Assembly: GCA_937997485.1 (NCBI GenBank)
Contig: CALKTH010000009.1
Coordinates: 187,538 to 251,537, forward strand
From: an uncultured Acidimicrobiales bacterium
GTDB lineage: Bacteria > Actinomycetota > Acidimicrobiia > Acidimicrobiales > SZUA-35
Direction: 5' to 3'
Length of the DNA: 64,000 nt
In this document: piece by piece, positions 1-8,752 of the stretch
How the letters are laid out: every line of letters starts with the position of its first letter
How positions within the stretch are numbered: the first letter of the stretch is position 1
The notes under the pieces: generated by a model
Databases searched by the model: none
The model's input: only the letters and a program-made list of their open reading frames with translations
What the model was told of the DNA's origin: nothing
Position numbers and translations under genes: made by a program

Positions 1-91
1 TCCATGCGCCCATCATTTCGGCGAAGCCTTCTTCACCGGGAGCGGGGTAGTCCGTGGACTCTTCAGCGTTGTTCAGAATCATGTATTCCAT
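1..91 (-). CDS. YciI/DGPF-family protein, 5' part only (runs off window)
   Basis: Manual translation from ATG at 91: MEYMILNNAEESTDYPAPGEEGFAEMMGAW, resembling YciI N-termini; lies downstream of the SRPBCC gene on the same strand. Confidence 0.55.
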   Translation of the reverse strand, partial: MEYMILNNAEESTDYPAPGEEGFAEMMGAW

Positions 92-141
92 TGGTGCAAT
101 CCTTGCGTGTGTTGGTTGGTTTGTCTTCGAAAGGGGGCAGG

Positions 142-630
142 TCAGGCGTCGACTGAGCGACGACTGGCTTCTGCGGTGCGAGCGAGCTGGTCGAGCGTGG
201 TGACCATGTCCTTGCGAACGTGGGTCGAACGGTCGGTCACGCCGGCCTTGCGCTGGAAGTACCGGACGATCGGCGGCGACGGGTGTGACTGGTGTACGGA
301 CTCGGTCACAATGGTCCCTTCGGCGGTCTCGACAAAGTCGTAGCGCCATGTTGGCCCCGACTTGCCCGGAACTTCGAAGGCGAACGCCCGGCCCGGATCA
401 GCGACGGTGACCTTGGGTTTCGTGGACCAGGACACCTTGCCGATCGCATTGCTGCCCTTGAAGCGGGCGCCGACTGTCGGCCCCGTCGCTCCCTTGATCC
501 ACTCGACGTCGGCGACCTCGGGGCTCCATTCGCTCATCCGAGTCACGTCGCTCACGAGGTCGTACAGAACGTCGGCTGATGCGTCGATCGTTCGCTTGAC
601 GGTGATGTTCAGAGGCACTTGCTTTGCCAT
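142..630 (-). CDS. SRPBCC/polyketide cyclase family protein
   Basis: IDASADVLYDLVSDVTRMSEWSPE and VGARFKGSN motifs; start set at ATG 630 because GGGAG RBS precedes it (track ORF starts at 672). Confidence 0.85.
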   Translation of the reverse strand: MAKQVPLNITVKRTIDASADVLYDLVSDVTRMSEWSPEVADVEWIKGATGPTVGARFKGSNAIGKVSWSTKPKVTVADPGRAFAFEVPGKSGPTWRYDFVETAEGTIVTESVHQSHPSPPIVRYFQRKAGVTDRSTHVRKDMVTTLDQLARTAEASRRSVDA

Positions 631-729
631 TGCTCTTCTCCCGGTTGCAGTGAGGCCGAGTGCCTCGCTCACCGGTATGTCGCAGCAACCTCAGCGGATC
701 GACAGGCGCAGGAAAAGAATTTCCGAGAA

Positions 730-1668
730 TTACGCGAGCGACGGGTCGCAAAGGCGATCGATCGCTCGAGTCGCCTTCTCCGCCAGGGCCAGCACGCGTG
801 CCACCGAGTCCAGAGACGCCTCGACCATCGGGCGCCGCAAGCGGTCGGCGCCGATCGTGCCAATGCTGGCCAGCACCCCCTTCCAGACGGCGGGGCTCGG
901 TTCACTGAAGCCGGCAACGACGACGGGGAGCAGCTCGGCCGCGATCGCCGTGGCCAGGCTCATGTCTTCCGCCCGCGCCGCGTTGGTCATGGACACGAAG
1001 CCGCCGGTGCAGAGATGAGCGGCAGCAGCGATCGCGCCGGTCCCTCCCATCGCAATTGTGGGAGTGATGAAGGCGTCATCTCCACAGAGCACCTCAAAGC
1101 CCGTTCCGATTCCGGCCAGGAGCTGGAGCGTGTCGAGATCCAGCCCGCCAACCGCCTGCTTCAGGCCGATGATTCGTGGATGTTGGGCGAGCTCGAGCAG
1201 GGACGAGGCACCGAGGCCTCGACCCGTCCGGTACGGGATGTTGTAGGCCAGGAGCGGGATCGCGCTGGCAGCGGCCACGGCTTCGAAGTGCTCGACGATC
1301 GCCGCTTCGCTGGGTCGGGTGTAATACGGCACCACCACAAGAGCCGCCCGAACGCCCGTTCCGTCGCTGAGCAGATGGATCTCCTCCATCGTGCCCTGGG
1401 TGCTGTTCGTACCAGCCCCAACCATCAGGGGCTTGCCTGCATCACGGCAGATTCGATCACACACCTCGACGACGCGGCGACGCTCATCTCGAGAGAGCGT
1501 GGCCGGCTCGCCCGTCGTGCCGAGGGCGATCAGCCCGTCAACTCCGCTGGTGAGCAATTGAATCCCCAGCCGTTCCAGTGAGGCGAGGTCAACCTCGCCG
1601 GCCGCATCGAAGGGCGTGACAATGGGAACCCAAAGGCCCCGCACATCGAAGGTAGGTGAGGAAGCCAT
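730..1668 (-). CDS. Dihydrodipicolinate synthase (DapA) family protein
   Basis: GLWVPIVTPF, ALGTTGE, YNIPYRTG and IIGLKQA (Schiff-base Lys); divergent from a LysR gene, so probably a paralog rather than the main dapA. Confidence 0.9.
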   Translation of the reverse strand: MASSPTFDVRGLWVPIVTPFDAAGEVDLASLERLGIQLLTSGVDGLIALGTTGEPATLSRDERRRVVEVCDRICRDAGKPLMVGAGTNSTQGTMEEIHLLSDGTGVRAALVVVPYYTRPSEAAIVEHFEAVAAASAIPLLAYNIPYRTGRGLGASSLLELAQHPRIIGLKQAVGGLDLDTLQLLAGIGTGFEVLCGDDAFITPTIAMGGTGAIAAAAHLCTGGFVSMTNAARAEDMSLATAIAAELLPVVVAGFSEPSPAVWKGVLASIGTIGADRLRRPMVEASLDSVARVLALAEKATRAIDRLCDPSLA

Positions 1669-1693
1669 GCAGCGACGATGACGCTCGTCGAGA

Positions 1694-1740
1694 GAAAGCA
1701 AAAGTTCTGATGCCTTTGTCTTGAGCTAACTTCTGCTTTC
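1694..1740. promoter_or_regulatory. 13-bp imperfect inverted repeat between dapA-like and lysR (candidate operator)
   Basis: GAAAGCAAAAGTT (1694-1706) and AACTTCTGCTTTC (1728-1740): 12/13 complementary, 21-nt spacer. Confidence 0.5.
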
Positions 1741-1741
1741 G

Positions 1742-2650
1742 ATGATGGATCTTGTACACCTCCGATCGTTTACCGAAGTGGCCGAGCGGGGAACGATCGC
1801 AGCCGCAGCTGCTGCGCAGAGCTACACCCCACCGGCGGTCTCTCAGCAGCTAGCCAAGCTCGAGACCGCGATCGGCGAGCCGCTGTTCGACCGCGTGGGC
1901 GGTCGCCTCTCGCTCACAGGAGCAGGACGAGCACTGCTCCCTCTTGCGTTCGAGATGCTCGACCTCGAGGCCTCCGCTCGCACGCGTCTGAGCAGGCGAC
2001 ACCAGCAACAGCGGGTCGTGTTCACCGGGTTCGCCTCGGCTATTGCCACCGTGCTCATTCCTCGACTCGAGGCGCTGAACGATGTGGCGTCGATCGAGAT
2101 CATCGAGGCCGAGGACCACGAGGCGCTTCGCGATCTCTCGCTCGGTGCCGTCGACATTGTCCTCACGCAGGAATACGACGGCTTTCCGGTCGAGCGGAAT
2201 CGTCGCTTCACCTACACGCCGTTGGTCTCTGACCGCCTCGTCCTGGTCCTCCCGCCAACGATGCCCACCTCGACCAGGCTCGAAGACCTGACGAACGCCT
2301 CCTGGCTCGTGAACGGCCAGGGCACGAGGTGCACCGCCGCCACCGACCACGTCCTCGACGTGGCCGGGATCGAGCCGAGAATCGTGGGAACCGTTGCCGA
2401 CAACTCCACGCTCCTCGCGCTGGTCGCCGCCGATCAGGGGGTGACGGTCGTGCCGTCTCGGGTCATCACCGACAACCCCTCGGTCTCGGTTGGCGAACAA
2501 GACCTCGGCATGAAGCGAACGATTCTGGCCGTCACCCGCACCGCGCTCCTCCCTCGGCTTGCACCGGTGCTCGACCTCCTCACCGACCCCAACCACACCG
2601 ACCCCAACCACGCCGGTGGCACCGTTACTTGTCGTCAGAGCGACAAGTAA
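1742..2650 (+). CDS. LysR-family transcriptional regulator
   Basis: N-terminal HTH LRSFTEVAERGTIAAAA..YTPPAVSQQLAKLE..LFDR followed by a substrate-binding domain. Confidence 0.93.
   Translation: MMDLVHLRSFTEVAERGTIAAAAAAQSYTPPAVSQQLAKLETAIGEPLFDRVGGRLSLTGAGRALLPLAFEMLDLEASARTRLSRRHQQQRVVFTGFASAIATVLIPRLEALNDVASIEIIEAEDHEALRDLSLGAVDIVLTQEYDGFPVERNRRFTYTPLVSDRLVLVLPPTMPTSTRLEDLTNASWLVNGQGTRCTAATDHVLDVAGIEPRIVGTVADNSTLLALVAADQGVTVVPSRVITDNPSVSVGEQDLGMKRTILAVTRTALLPRLAPVLDLLTDPNHTDPNHAGGTVTCRQSDK
2581..2610 (+). repeat. 15-bp tandem duplication (CACCGACCCCAACCA x2) in the lysR 3' end
   Basis: Two exact copies encoding TDPNH-TDPNH. Confidence 0.85.
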
Positions 2651-2692
2651 CGGTGCCACGAGGCGTTTGGCAGAGGCGTGAGCGGCGGGCGG

Positions 2693-3541
2693 TTAGGAGG
2701 CGCTGAGGCGGGCGAGCCAGTCGTCGATCAGCCAACCGGCGATCGACATACCGCCTCGGGGCACAGGTGGGAGCTCATTCGGGCTGAACCAGCCAGCCTC
2801 GACGATCTCCTCCTCCTGGATGGTGATGTCGCCGCTGACGTATCGAGCGGTGAAGCCGATCATCAGTGAGTGGGGGAACGGCCACGGTTGGCTCCTGAAG
2901 TAGCGCACGTCGTCAACGTCGATGCCGCACTCTTCCTTCACCTCACGCACGACGCATTCTTCGAGGCTCTCCCCTGGCTCAACGAAGCCGGCCAGGGCGC
3001 TGAAGAATCGCCCCGGAAAGGCACGGCCCCAGGCCAGCAAGACTTCGGGACCCGACGGACCATCTCGCTCAACGAGCATGATCACCGCTGGGCTGAGCCT
3101 GGGGAATGACATGAGCGAGCACGAGGGGCACACCTTCGCCCGGTCGGTCGCGTGTGCCTCATTCTTCGTGCCACATCGACCGCAGAACTGATGGTCACGA
3201 TCCCAGGTGAGGACCTGAGCGGCGCGTCCGGCGAGCACCCATTCCTCGTCCGGCAGCACGCCGAACAACCCGCGCAGGTGCGTCCATTGAGCATCCTCGA
3301 AGGCGTCGCCGAACGCCGCTTCGTCGATCATCGACGCATCACCCCGAACCGCCCAGATCGGAACCCCGTCCTGTGTGCCAAGCAGGTGCGGAGCTCCGCC
3401 GACCGGAGATGTCTCCCCCGTGGGGAACACGGCGGTGCCACGATCGGACTCCACTGTCATCACGTTCAACCGGTCGTCGATGACGATCCAGGAACCGGAT
3501 GTTGGTGCAGCGTCAGGCAGGGTCACGAGAGGGTCGAACAC
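2693..3541 (-). CDS. nudC: NAD(+) diphosphatase NudC
   Basis: Zn finger FCGRCG..CPSC, Nudix box GFVEPGESLEECVVREVKEE, and SQPWPFPHS motif. Confidence 0.95.
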   Translation of the reverse strand: MFDPLVTLPDAAPTSGSWIVIDDRLNVMTVESDRGTAVFPTGETSPVGGAPHLLGTQDGVPIWAVRGDASMIDEAAFGDAFEDAQWTHLRGLFGVLPDEEWVLAGRAAQVLTWDRDHQFCGRCGTKNEAHATDRAKVCPSCSLMSFPRLSPAVIMLVERDGPSGPEVLLAWGRAFPGRFFSALAGFVEPGESLEECVVREVKEECGIDVDDVRYFRSQPWPFPHSLMIGFTARYVSGDITIQEEEIVEAGWFSPNELPPVPRGGMSIAGWLIDDWLARLSAS

Positions 3542-3623
3542 GAGCGGGACCGTAGCAACTGCCGCCGACGGGGTGGATTTTGCGCCGGCGGATCTCGAAA
3601 ACGGCGGCTGCTTCGCGCTTCAG

Positions 3624-3664
3624 ATTCAGGATTCAGGATTCAGGATTCAGGATTCAGGATTCAG
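3624..3664 (+). repeat. Heptamer tandem repeat (ATTCAGG)5 plus ATTCAG
   Basis: Read directly; overlaps the stop codon of the MBL-fold gene and lies about 80 bp upstream of nudC. Confidence 0.95.
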
Positions 3665-4381
3665 CGAGAGGGCGTCACAGTGACTGAAGTAGACGACCTC
3701 GGGCTTCAGCGCCTTGATCCGTTCAATCGACGCCACCGCTGCCGCCTGGAGTTCAGGGACCGGGTCGACGTTCGCCGGGGCCGCAACTCCCTGCGAGTAC
3801 TCGGCGGCATGCCACACCACCTGCGCTCCGATGACGAGCCGTCGGCCGTCGGCCTCCACCACCACGGACTGGTGGCCAGCGGTATGCCCCGGCGTCGCCA
3901 GCAAACGAACGCCGTCCGCAACCAGCTCGTCTCCGTCGACCACCCGCTGCTGGCTGGTTGGTGCAATCGCCCACGCGTGATCGGTGTAGAGCGGATCGGC
4001 ACGAACGGTGCGCAGTTCTGCAGCTTGGGCAACGAAGCTGGTCTCACTCCCAAAGAACGTCGGGTTCTGGCCGCAGTGATCGAAGTGCAGGTGGCTGTTG
4101 ATGACCATCACCACGTCGTCGAGGGCCACACCTGCTGGTCTGAGGGCGATCTCGAGCGCCTCGGTCTCTGGGGCGTACGCCTCGTCGATGAACGCATTGC
4201 CCATGCCGACTCCGGTGTCGACCAGGATCGCCCCGTCCGGATGTCGGATGCAGAAGCCGTACACGGGAACCGTTCGACCGAGAGATGCTGCGGGATGACT
4301 GGCCGGGAGCTGAACCGTTGCCAGTGACAACGGCACGATCTCGGGCAATATCCGAAGGCCAGCCATCCCACATCCTGCCAC
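3647..4381 (-). CDS. Metallo-beta-lactamase-fold hydrolase, N-acyl homoserine lactonase-like
   Basis: LVDTG, SHLHFDHCGQN (HxHxDH) and TPGHTAGH motifs; start uncertain. Confidence 0.85.
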   Translation of the reverse strand: MAGCGMAGLRILPEIVPLSLATVQLPASHPAASLGRTVPVYGFCIRHPDGAILVDTGVGMGNAFIDEAYAPETEALEIALRPAGVALDDVVMVINSHLHFDHCGQNPTFFGSETSFVAQAAELRTVRADPLYTDHAWAIAPTSQQRVVDGDELVADGVRLLATPGHTAGHQSVVVEADGRRLVIGAQVVWHAAEYSQGVAAPANVDPVPELQAAAVASIERIKALKPEVVYFSHCDALSLNPES

Positions 4382-4396
4382 GTCGCCGACGTTGTC

Positions 4397-7240
4397 TCAG
4401 CCGGTGATACGGAGGGCGACGGCGGGCGGCGTGTTGCCCGCACGGCGTGCCGGACCGATTGCGGCGATGAGCGAAGCGGCGAGTGCCACGGCGCCCAAGG
4501 CCAGGAGTTCGACGAAGGGGACGGAGAAGGTGAGCCCTTCCTCGAATGCCGACGACCTGGTCAGCGTCTGCCAGGAACTGAGCAAGCCCATGCCGACGCC
4601 GAGCAGCACACCCTGCAGCCCGATGAACGCCGCTTCCACCACGAACGCCCGGCGACTCTGACCCGCAGGAACGCCGATGGCGTTGAGCATGCCGAGCTGG
4701 CGACGCCGTTCACGGACGGCTCGAACCAACACCACGCTCAACCCGGCGATGCCGATCAGAAGGCCGAGGCCGAGGTAGCCCGACAACAAACGGAGGAAGC
4801 CTTCCTGCTCCTTCATTTCAACCTGGGCGTCGGAGAGCACGGTGCGAGCGTCAACGCCCTGTTCTGGGAGGGACCCAGTCAGCGACGCTGCGAGCGCTTC
4901 TCCTGCCTGGGCATCCGAGGTCGAGACCAGCACCCGACTCGGTGTACTCGGCTCGAGCGTGGTGCCGACTGCGGGCGACAGGTAGATGCCAGCGCCGATC
5001 AGCCAGTTGTTCCTGGTAGTACCGGCGACAGTGGCGAGCGTCGAACCGCCTTCCGCTGCCAGCACCTCGACCTCATCGCCGACGATGAAGTCGCTGTACT
5101 CGGGAACGATGATCCAGTCCTGACCTGGGCCGGGCGAGGCGATGGCCGCCCATGCCTCGCTGTCGGAGGTGAAGCCCGCAGCGCGCTCATCGAGCGCTGG
5201 CATCCGTGCCGGATCCACGTTCTCGCTGAGCACCGTCACAGACCAGCCCTCGACATCCTCACTGCCCGGCGAGCGAAACTCAGCCCCGGTTCGGGTGACA
5301 ACGACGGCGCTCTCGACACCGGGTTCGGATTGCACCTGGTCGAGACGGATCGGGGCGACGGGGTTGCTGTCGACCACAACGTCGTAGGAACCGGAAGCCT
5401 GCGCCGCCAGGTCCGGTGCGGCTGCGGTGAACACCGAATTCATCACGGACATGAAGGTCACCGTGAAAAGTACCAAGGCGTACATGGCCACGAGGAGGGC
5501 GCTCCGCACCGGACGAGACAGGGGGTGAGCGAGGCCCAGTCGGACCCCGATGCCGCCGCCGCCCAATCGCTTGGCCGCCGCTAGCCACACGGCGTCGAGC
5601 GACGCGACCATCGTGGTAGCCAGTCCGACGAGCAGCACCCCTTGGAGCAGGAAGAGCTCGATACCAGGATCCGCCATGGTCTCGGGCAGCACACCGAAGA
5701 CCGAGGCAGCCCATGCCAGCGCCACGCCGCACAGCGCCACCGTTGAGACCCGACGAGCCAACCCCGTTGCCGGGAGAAAGCGCCCGACAACCGGAATGAG
5801 GGAGATCAGTCCGACCACCGGGGCGAGCAGAGCGACCACTGGAGTGGTGCTGGCCAGCACGAAGAGCGCCGCAGCACCGGCCAAACCGATCAGGCCGACG
5901 ACGAGACGACGAGTGGAGTGTGGCGTACCCGCCGGTTCGGGAAGGTCCTTCAGCGCCCGGATGATGTTGACCTTGGTGAGCCGGATGCTGGTGAAGGCCA
6001 CCGTCAGTTGGGAGATGGCCAGGCCGATGACCGCACCGGTCAACAGATCGACGGCATCGAGACCCAACGACACGGTGAAGTCATCGCCATCGCTGGCGAA
6101 GATGTTCGATGCCACCCCGATGACGCCGGCACCGACCACGACGCCGAGCAACGCACCAACGATTGCCGCGATCACGCCGTACACCGCTCCTTCCATCATG
6201 AACGAGCGCAGGAGGTGGCCACGCTTGAGACCGACGGCTCGCATCGTTCCCAGCTCCGTCTGACGTTCGCCGGCGAGCATCACGAACAAGTTGATCACCA
6301 GGAGAATGCCGGCGATGACGCTGAAGCCACCGACCGTTCCGAACAGCTCGGTCATCTCCGCCCCTTCGGCGTCGGCATCAGCGAGGAGCTCTCGCTTCAC
6401 CGCGTTGGTGTCGACCAGCTCCGCCGAACCGAGCTCGGCGGCCGCCACGTCGTCGATGATCGAGGACACCGTGTCGGTTCGGTTCACGCCGTCGTAGACG
6501 CCACCGGTATTCGACACGAGCACGCCCGAGCCGGCGACAGATTCGACATCGCCACCAGCGGCGATGACCGCGTCAGAGAACGTTCCCGGGCTCACAACGA
6601 TGTCGGCGAAGCCAGCAAGACCGGTGGCAGGAACGACGTCGATCACATCGAGCACGCGCCCCTCGGTCCCGGCGAAGACCTCAACCGTCGCGCCGGTCGA
6701 GACACCCAGCTCGTCAGCCAGTCGCTGATTGATGACTGCCTCGGCTGGCCCAGGAGCGGTCACGCCGCTGAGTCCGGTGAGCTCTGGCTGACCGCCGAAA
6801 CCGCCGGCCCGCTCGACGTCCACTTCGAACAGCTGCGCCGAGGGCTCCACTCGTCGTGCGTCGCCCGCCGGGCCGCCTACCGCAACATCGGCAAAGAGCA
6901 ATGGCAGCGTGCCATCGATCTCGCCGCTCGTATTGCGTTCGAGACCGGCGGCGAGTCGATTCGCTGAGTCCAAATCCTCGGTGATCACCAGCTCGTCCGC
7001 AGGGCCCCACGTTGTCTCTGCGATGGCACGGATCGACTGCTCGAAGCTGGTTCCGACCACGAGCGAGCCGGTGATGAGGGCGGTGGCGAGCATCGAACCG
7101 CCAACCACCAAGGCCGCTTCGCCCTTGCGGCGAGCAACGTTGCGGAGCGCAATGCGACGAATCGTTCCGCCACGCAGAAGATCAGCTGCCACGATCGGCA
7201 GCAGAAGTGCGAGTGCACCCAGTGCGAGAATGAGGATCAT
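4397..7240 (-). CDS. FtsX/MacB-like ABC permease with duplicated permease modules
   Basis: Two FtsX-type segments (ERQTELGTMRAVG; ERRRQLGMLNAIG) with large extracytoplasmic loops; ATG at 7240 overlaps the ATPase stop (ATGA). Confidence 0.88.
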   Translation of the reverse strand: MILILALGALALLLPIVAADLLRGGTIRRIALRNVARRKGEAALVVGGSMLATALITGSLVVGTSFEQSIRAIAETTWGPADELVITEDLDSANRLAAGLERNTSGEIDGTLPLLFADVAVGGPAGDARRVEPSAQLFEVDVERAGGFGGQPELTGLSGVTAPGPAEAVINQRLADELGVSTGATVEVFAGTEGRVLDVIDVVPATGLAGFADIVVSPGTFSDAVIAAGGDVESVAGSGVLVSNTGGVYDGVNRTDTVSSIIDDVAAAELGSAELVDTNAVKRELLADADAEGAEMTELFGTVGGFSVIAGILLVINLFVMLAGERQTELGTMRAVGLKRGHLLRSFMMEGAVYGVIAAIVGALLGVVVGAGVIGVASNIFASDGDDFTVSLGLDAVDLLTGAVIGLAISQLTVAFTSIRLTKVNIIRALKDLPEPAGTPHSTRRLVVGLIGLAGAAALFVLASTTPVVALLAPVVGLISLIPVVGRFLPATGLARRVSTVALCGVALAWAASVFGVLPETMADPGIELFLLQGVLLVGLATTMVASLDAVWLAAAKRLGGGGIGVRLGLAHPLSRPVRSALLVAMYALVLFTVTFMSVMNSVFTAAAPDLAAQASGSYDVVVDSNPVAPIRLDQVQSEPGVESAVVVTRTGAEFRSPGSEDVEGWSVTVLSENVDPARMPALDERAAGFTSDSEAWAAIASPGPGQDWIIVPEYSDFIVGDEVEVLAAEGGSTLATVAGTTRNNWLIGAGIYLSPAVGTTLEPSTPSRVLVSTSDAQAGEALAASLTGSLPEQGVDARTVLSDAQVEMKEQEGFLRLLSGYLGLGLLIGIAGLSVVLVRAVRERRRQLGMLNAIGVPAGQSRRAFVVEAAFIGLQGVLLGVGMGLLSSWQTLTRSSAFEEGLTFSVPFVELLALGAVALAASLIAAIGPARRAGNTPPAVALRITG

Positions 7241-8031
7241 GACGCCACCGATCCGTTCTTGATCAAGCCATCCCGAACCTCGACGAGACGGTGGGCCCGC
7301 TGGCCGATGGTCGGATCGTGTGTCACAACGACCATCGTCTGACCAGCAGCGTTTGCCTCGCCGAAGAGCTCCAGCACGGCGGCTGCAGTGGCGCTGTCGA
7401 GGTTGCCTGTCGGTTCGTCGGCCCACACCACGGCTGGCTCGGTGACGAGGGCCCGCGCCACGGCGACTCGTTGCTGCTCGCCACCGGACAGCTCGGCCGG
7501 GCGGTGGCGACCTCGTTCAGCCAGGCCGACGCGACCCAGCATTCGACTGGCAGCTTTGCGGGCTGCTGCCGGTTTGGTTCCGGCGGCCAAGAGGGGAAGC
7601 TCCACATTCTCCTCGGCACTCAGCACCGGAATCAGGTTGAAGCTCTGGAACACGAAGCCCATGCGGGCGGCGCGGTGCGCCGTCCGCATCCGGTCCGGTA
7701 GCTCGTGAATGGATCGGCCATCGATGACCACCTCGCCGGCGTCGATCGTGTCGAGCCCGCTGAGGCAGTTCAACAGCGTCGACTTGCCGTTACCGGAGGG
7801 CCCCATGATGACCACAAACTCGCCGCTGTTGATGTCGAGATCCACTCCCCGCAGCGCCGAGACCACAAGATCCCCGCTGCGATAGGTCTTACTCACTCCC
7901 CGAGCAGAGACAAGCGGCGCCCAGCCGGGTCGGTCGGCGCCCGCCCCGGGGGCGGTCGTGTTGGTCAACGGATCCGTGGTGTCGAGGGCGGCCTTCTTCG
8001 GATTCGTGCTGTTTTGATGCGTGCTGATCAT
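7237..8031 (-). CDS. ABC transporter ATP-binding protein (LolD/MacB type)
   Basis: GPSGNGKST, LSGGEQQRV, WADEPTGNLD, VVTHD. Confidence 0.95.
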   Translation of the reverse strand: MISTHQNSTNPKKAALDTTDPLTNTTAPGAGADRPGWAPLVSARGVSKTYRSGDLVVSALRGVDLDINSGEFVVIMGPSGNGKSTLLNCLSGLDTIDAGEVVIDGRSIHELPDRMRTAHRAARMGFVFQSFNLIPVLSAEENVELPLLAAGTKPAAARKAASRMLGRVGLAERGRHRPAELSGGEQQRVAVARALVTEPAVVWADEPTGNLDSATAAAVLELFGEANAAGQTMVVVTHDPTIGQRAHRLVEVRDGLIKNGSVAS

Positions 8032-8066
8032 GATGCTCAGCCTGATCGGACCGTCGCCCCTGAGCG

Positions 8067-8094
8067 ATCAGTGGTGACCCTGAACGCACCCTGA
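8067..8094. promoter_or_regulatory. Operator-like motif ATCAGTGGTGACCCTGAACGCACCCTGA, copy 1
   Basis: Near-identical to 10038-10065; about 23 bp upstream of a candidate -10 (CAGGCT) of the ABC ATPase gene. Confidence 0.7.
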
Positions 8095-8110
8095 GCGCAC
8101 TCGGGGGTGG

Positions 8111-8752
8111 TCAGACGATCCGTCGACGCGCGGCCCAGCTGGAGAGTTCGTGTCGGCTCGAGAGCTGCAGTTTTCGCAGCACGCTCGATGCGTGGGTCTC
8201 CACCGTCTTGATCGAAATCGTCAGGCGGCGGGCGATCTCTTTGTAGGCGTACCCCCGGGCCAGAAGCCTCATGACCTCCTGCTCGCGGGGCGAGAGCAGG
8301 TCGAGCTCCGGGTCCGCAGGTTCAGGAATCGCGGCGGAGAACGCATCGATGACGAAACCAGCGAGCCGGGGCGAGAACACAGCGTCACCCTCAGCGACTC
8401 GGCGAACAGCATCGACGAGCTCTGCCCCCGGGATGGCCTTTGTGACGTAGCCCCGAGCTCCGGCCCGGATCACCGCGATTACGTCGTCGGGAGCATCGGA
8501 AACCGAGAGCGCAAGAAATCGGACATCGTGGCCGCGAGCGACCACGCCGGCGATCACGTCCGCTCCTGTGCCGGAGGGCAAATGAACATCGAGCAGAACC
8601 ACATCGGGCTGAGTCTCGACCACGACGTCGACCGCTTCGACCACGTCGCCTGCCTCACCGACGACTCGCACGTGATCGCCGAGTTCTGCGCGAACGCCAG
8701 CTCGCACGAGATCATGATCGTCGATCAGCACCACACTCGGTTGATACACCAT
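8111..8752 (-). CDS. NarL/LuxR-family response regulator
   Basis: VVLIDDH, DVVLLDVHLP, GARGYVTK; C-terminal LSPREQEVMRLLARGYAYKEIA HTH. Confidence 0.95.
   Translation of the reverse strand: MVYQPSVVLIDDHDLVRAGVRAELGDHVRVVGEAGDVVEAVDVVVETQPDVVLLDVHLPSGTGADVIAGVVARGHDVRFLALSVSDAPDDVIAVIRAGARGYVTKAIPGAELVDAVRRVAEGDAVFSPRLAGFVIDAFSAAIPEPADPELDLLSPREQEVMRLLARGYAYKEIARRLTISIKTVETHASSVLRKLQLSSRHELSSWAARRRIV

Noticed and set aside
3619-3665. Heptamer array as a CRISPR or iteron array
   Set aside because: 7-bp units with no spacers, and no cas or rep genes nearby
3152-4327. Long alternative ORFs such as 3152..4327, 11520..12515, 22309..23724, 26163..27254, 48421..50157, 52449..53564 and 56380..57915
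   Set aside because: Antisense or shifted-frame shadows of well-supported genes, expected at high GC; no family motifs
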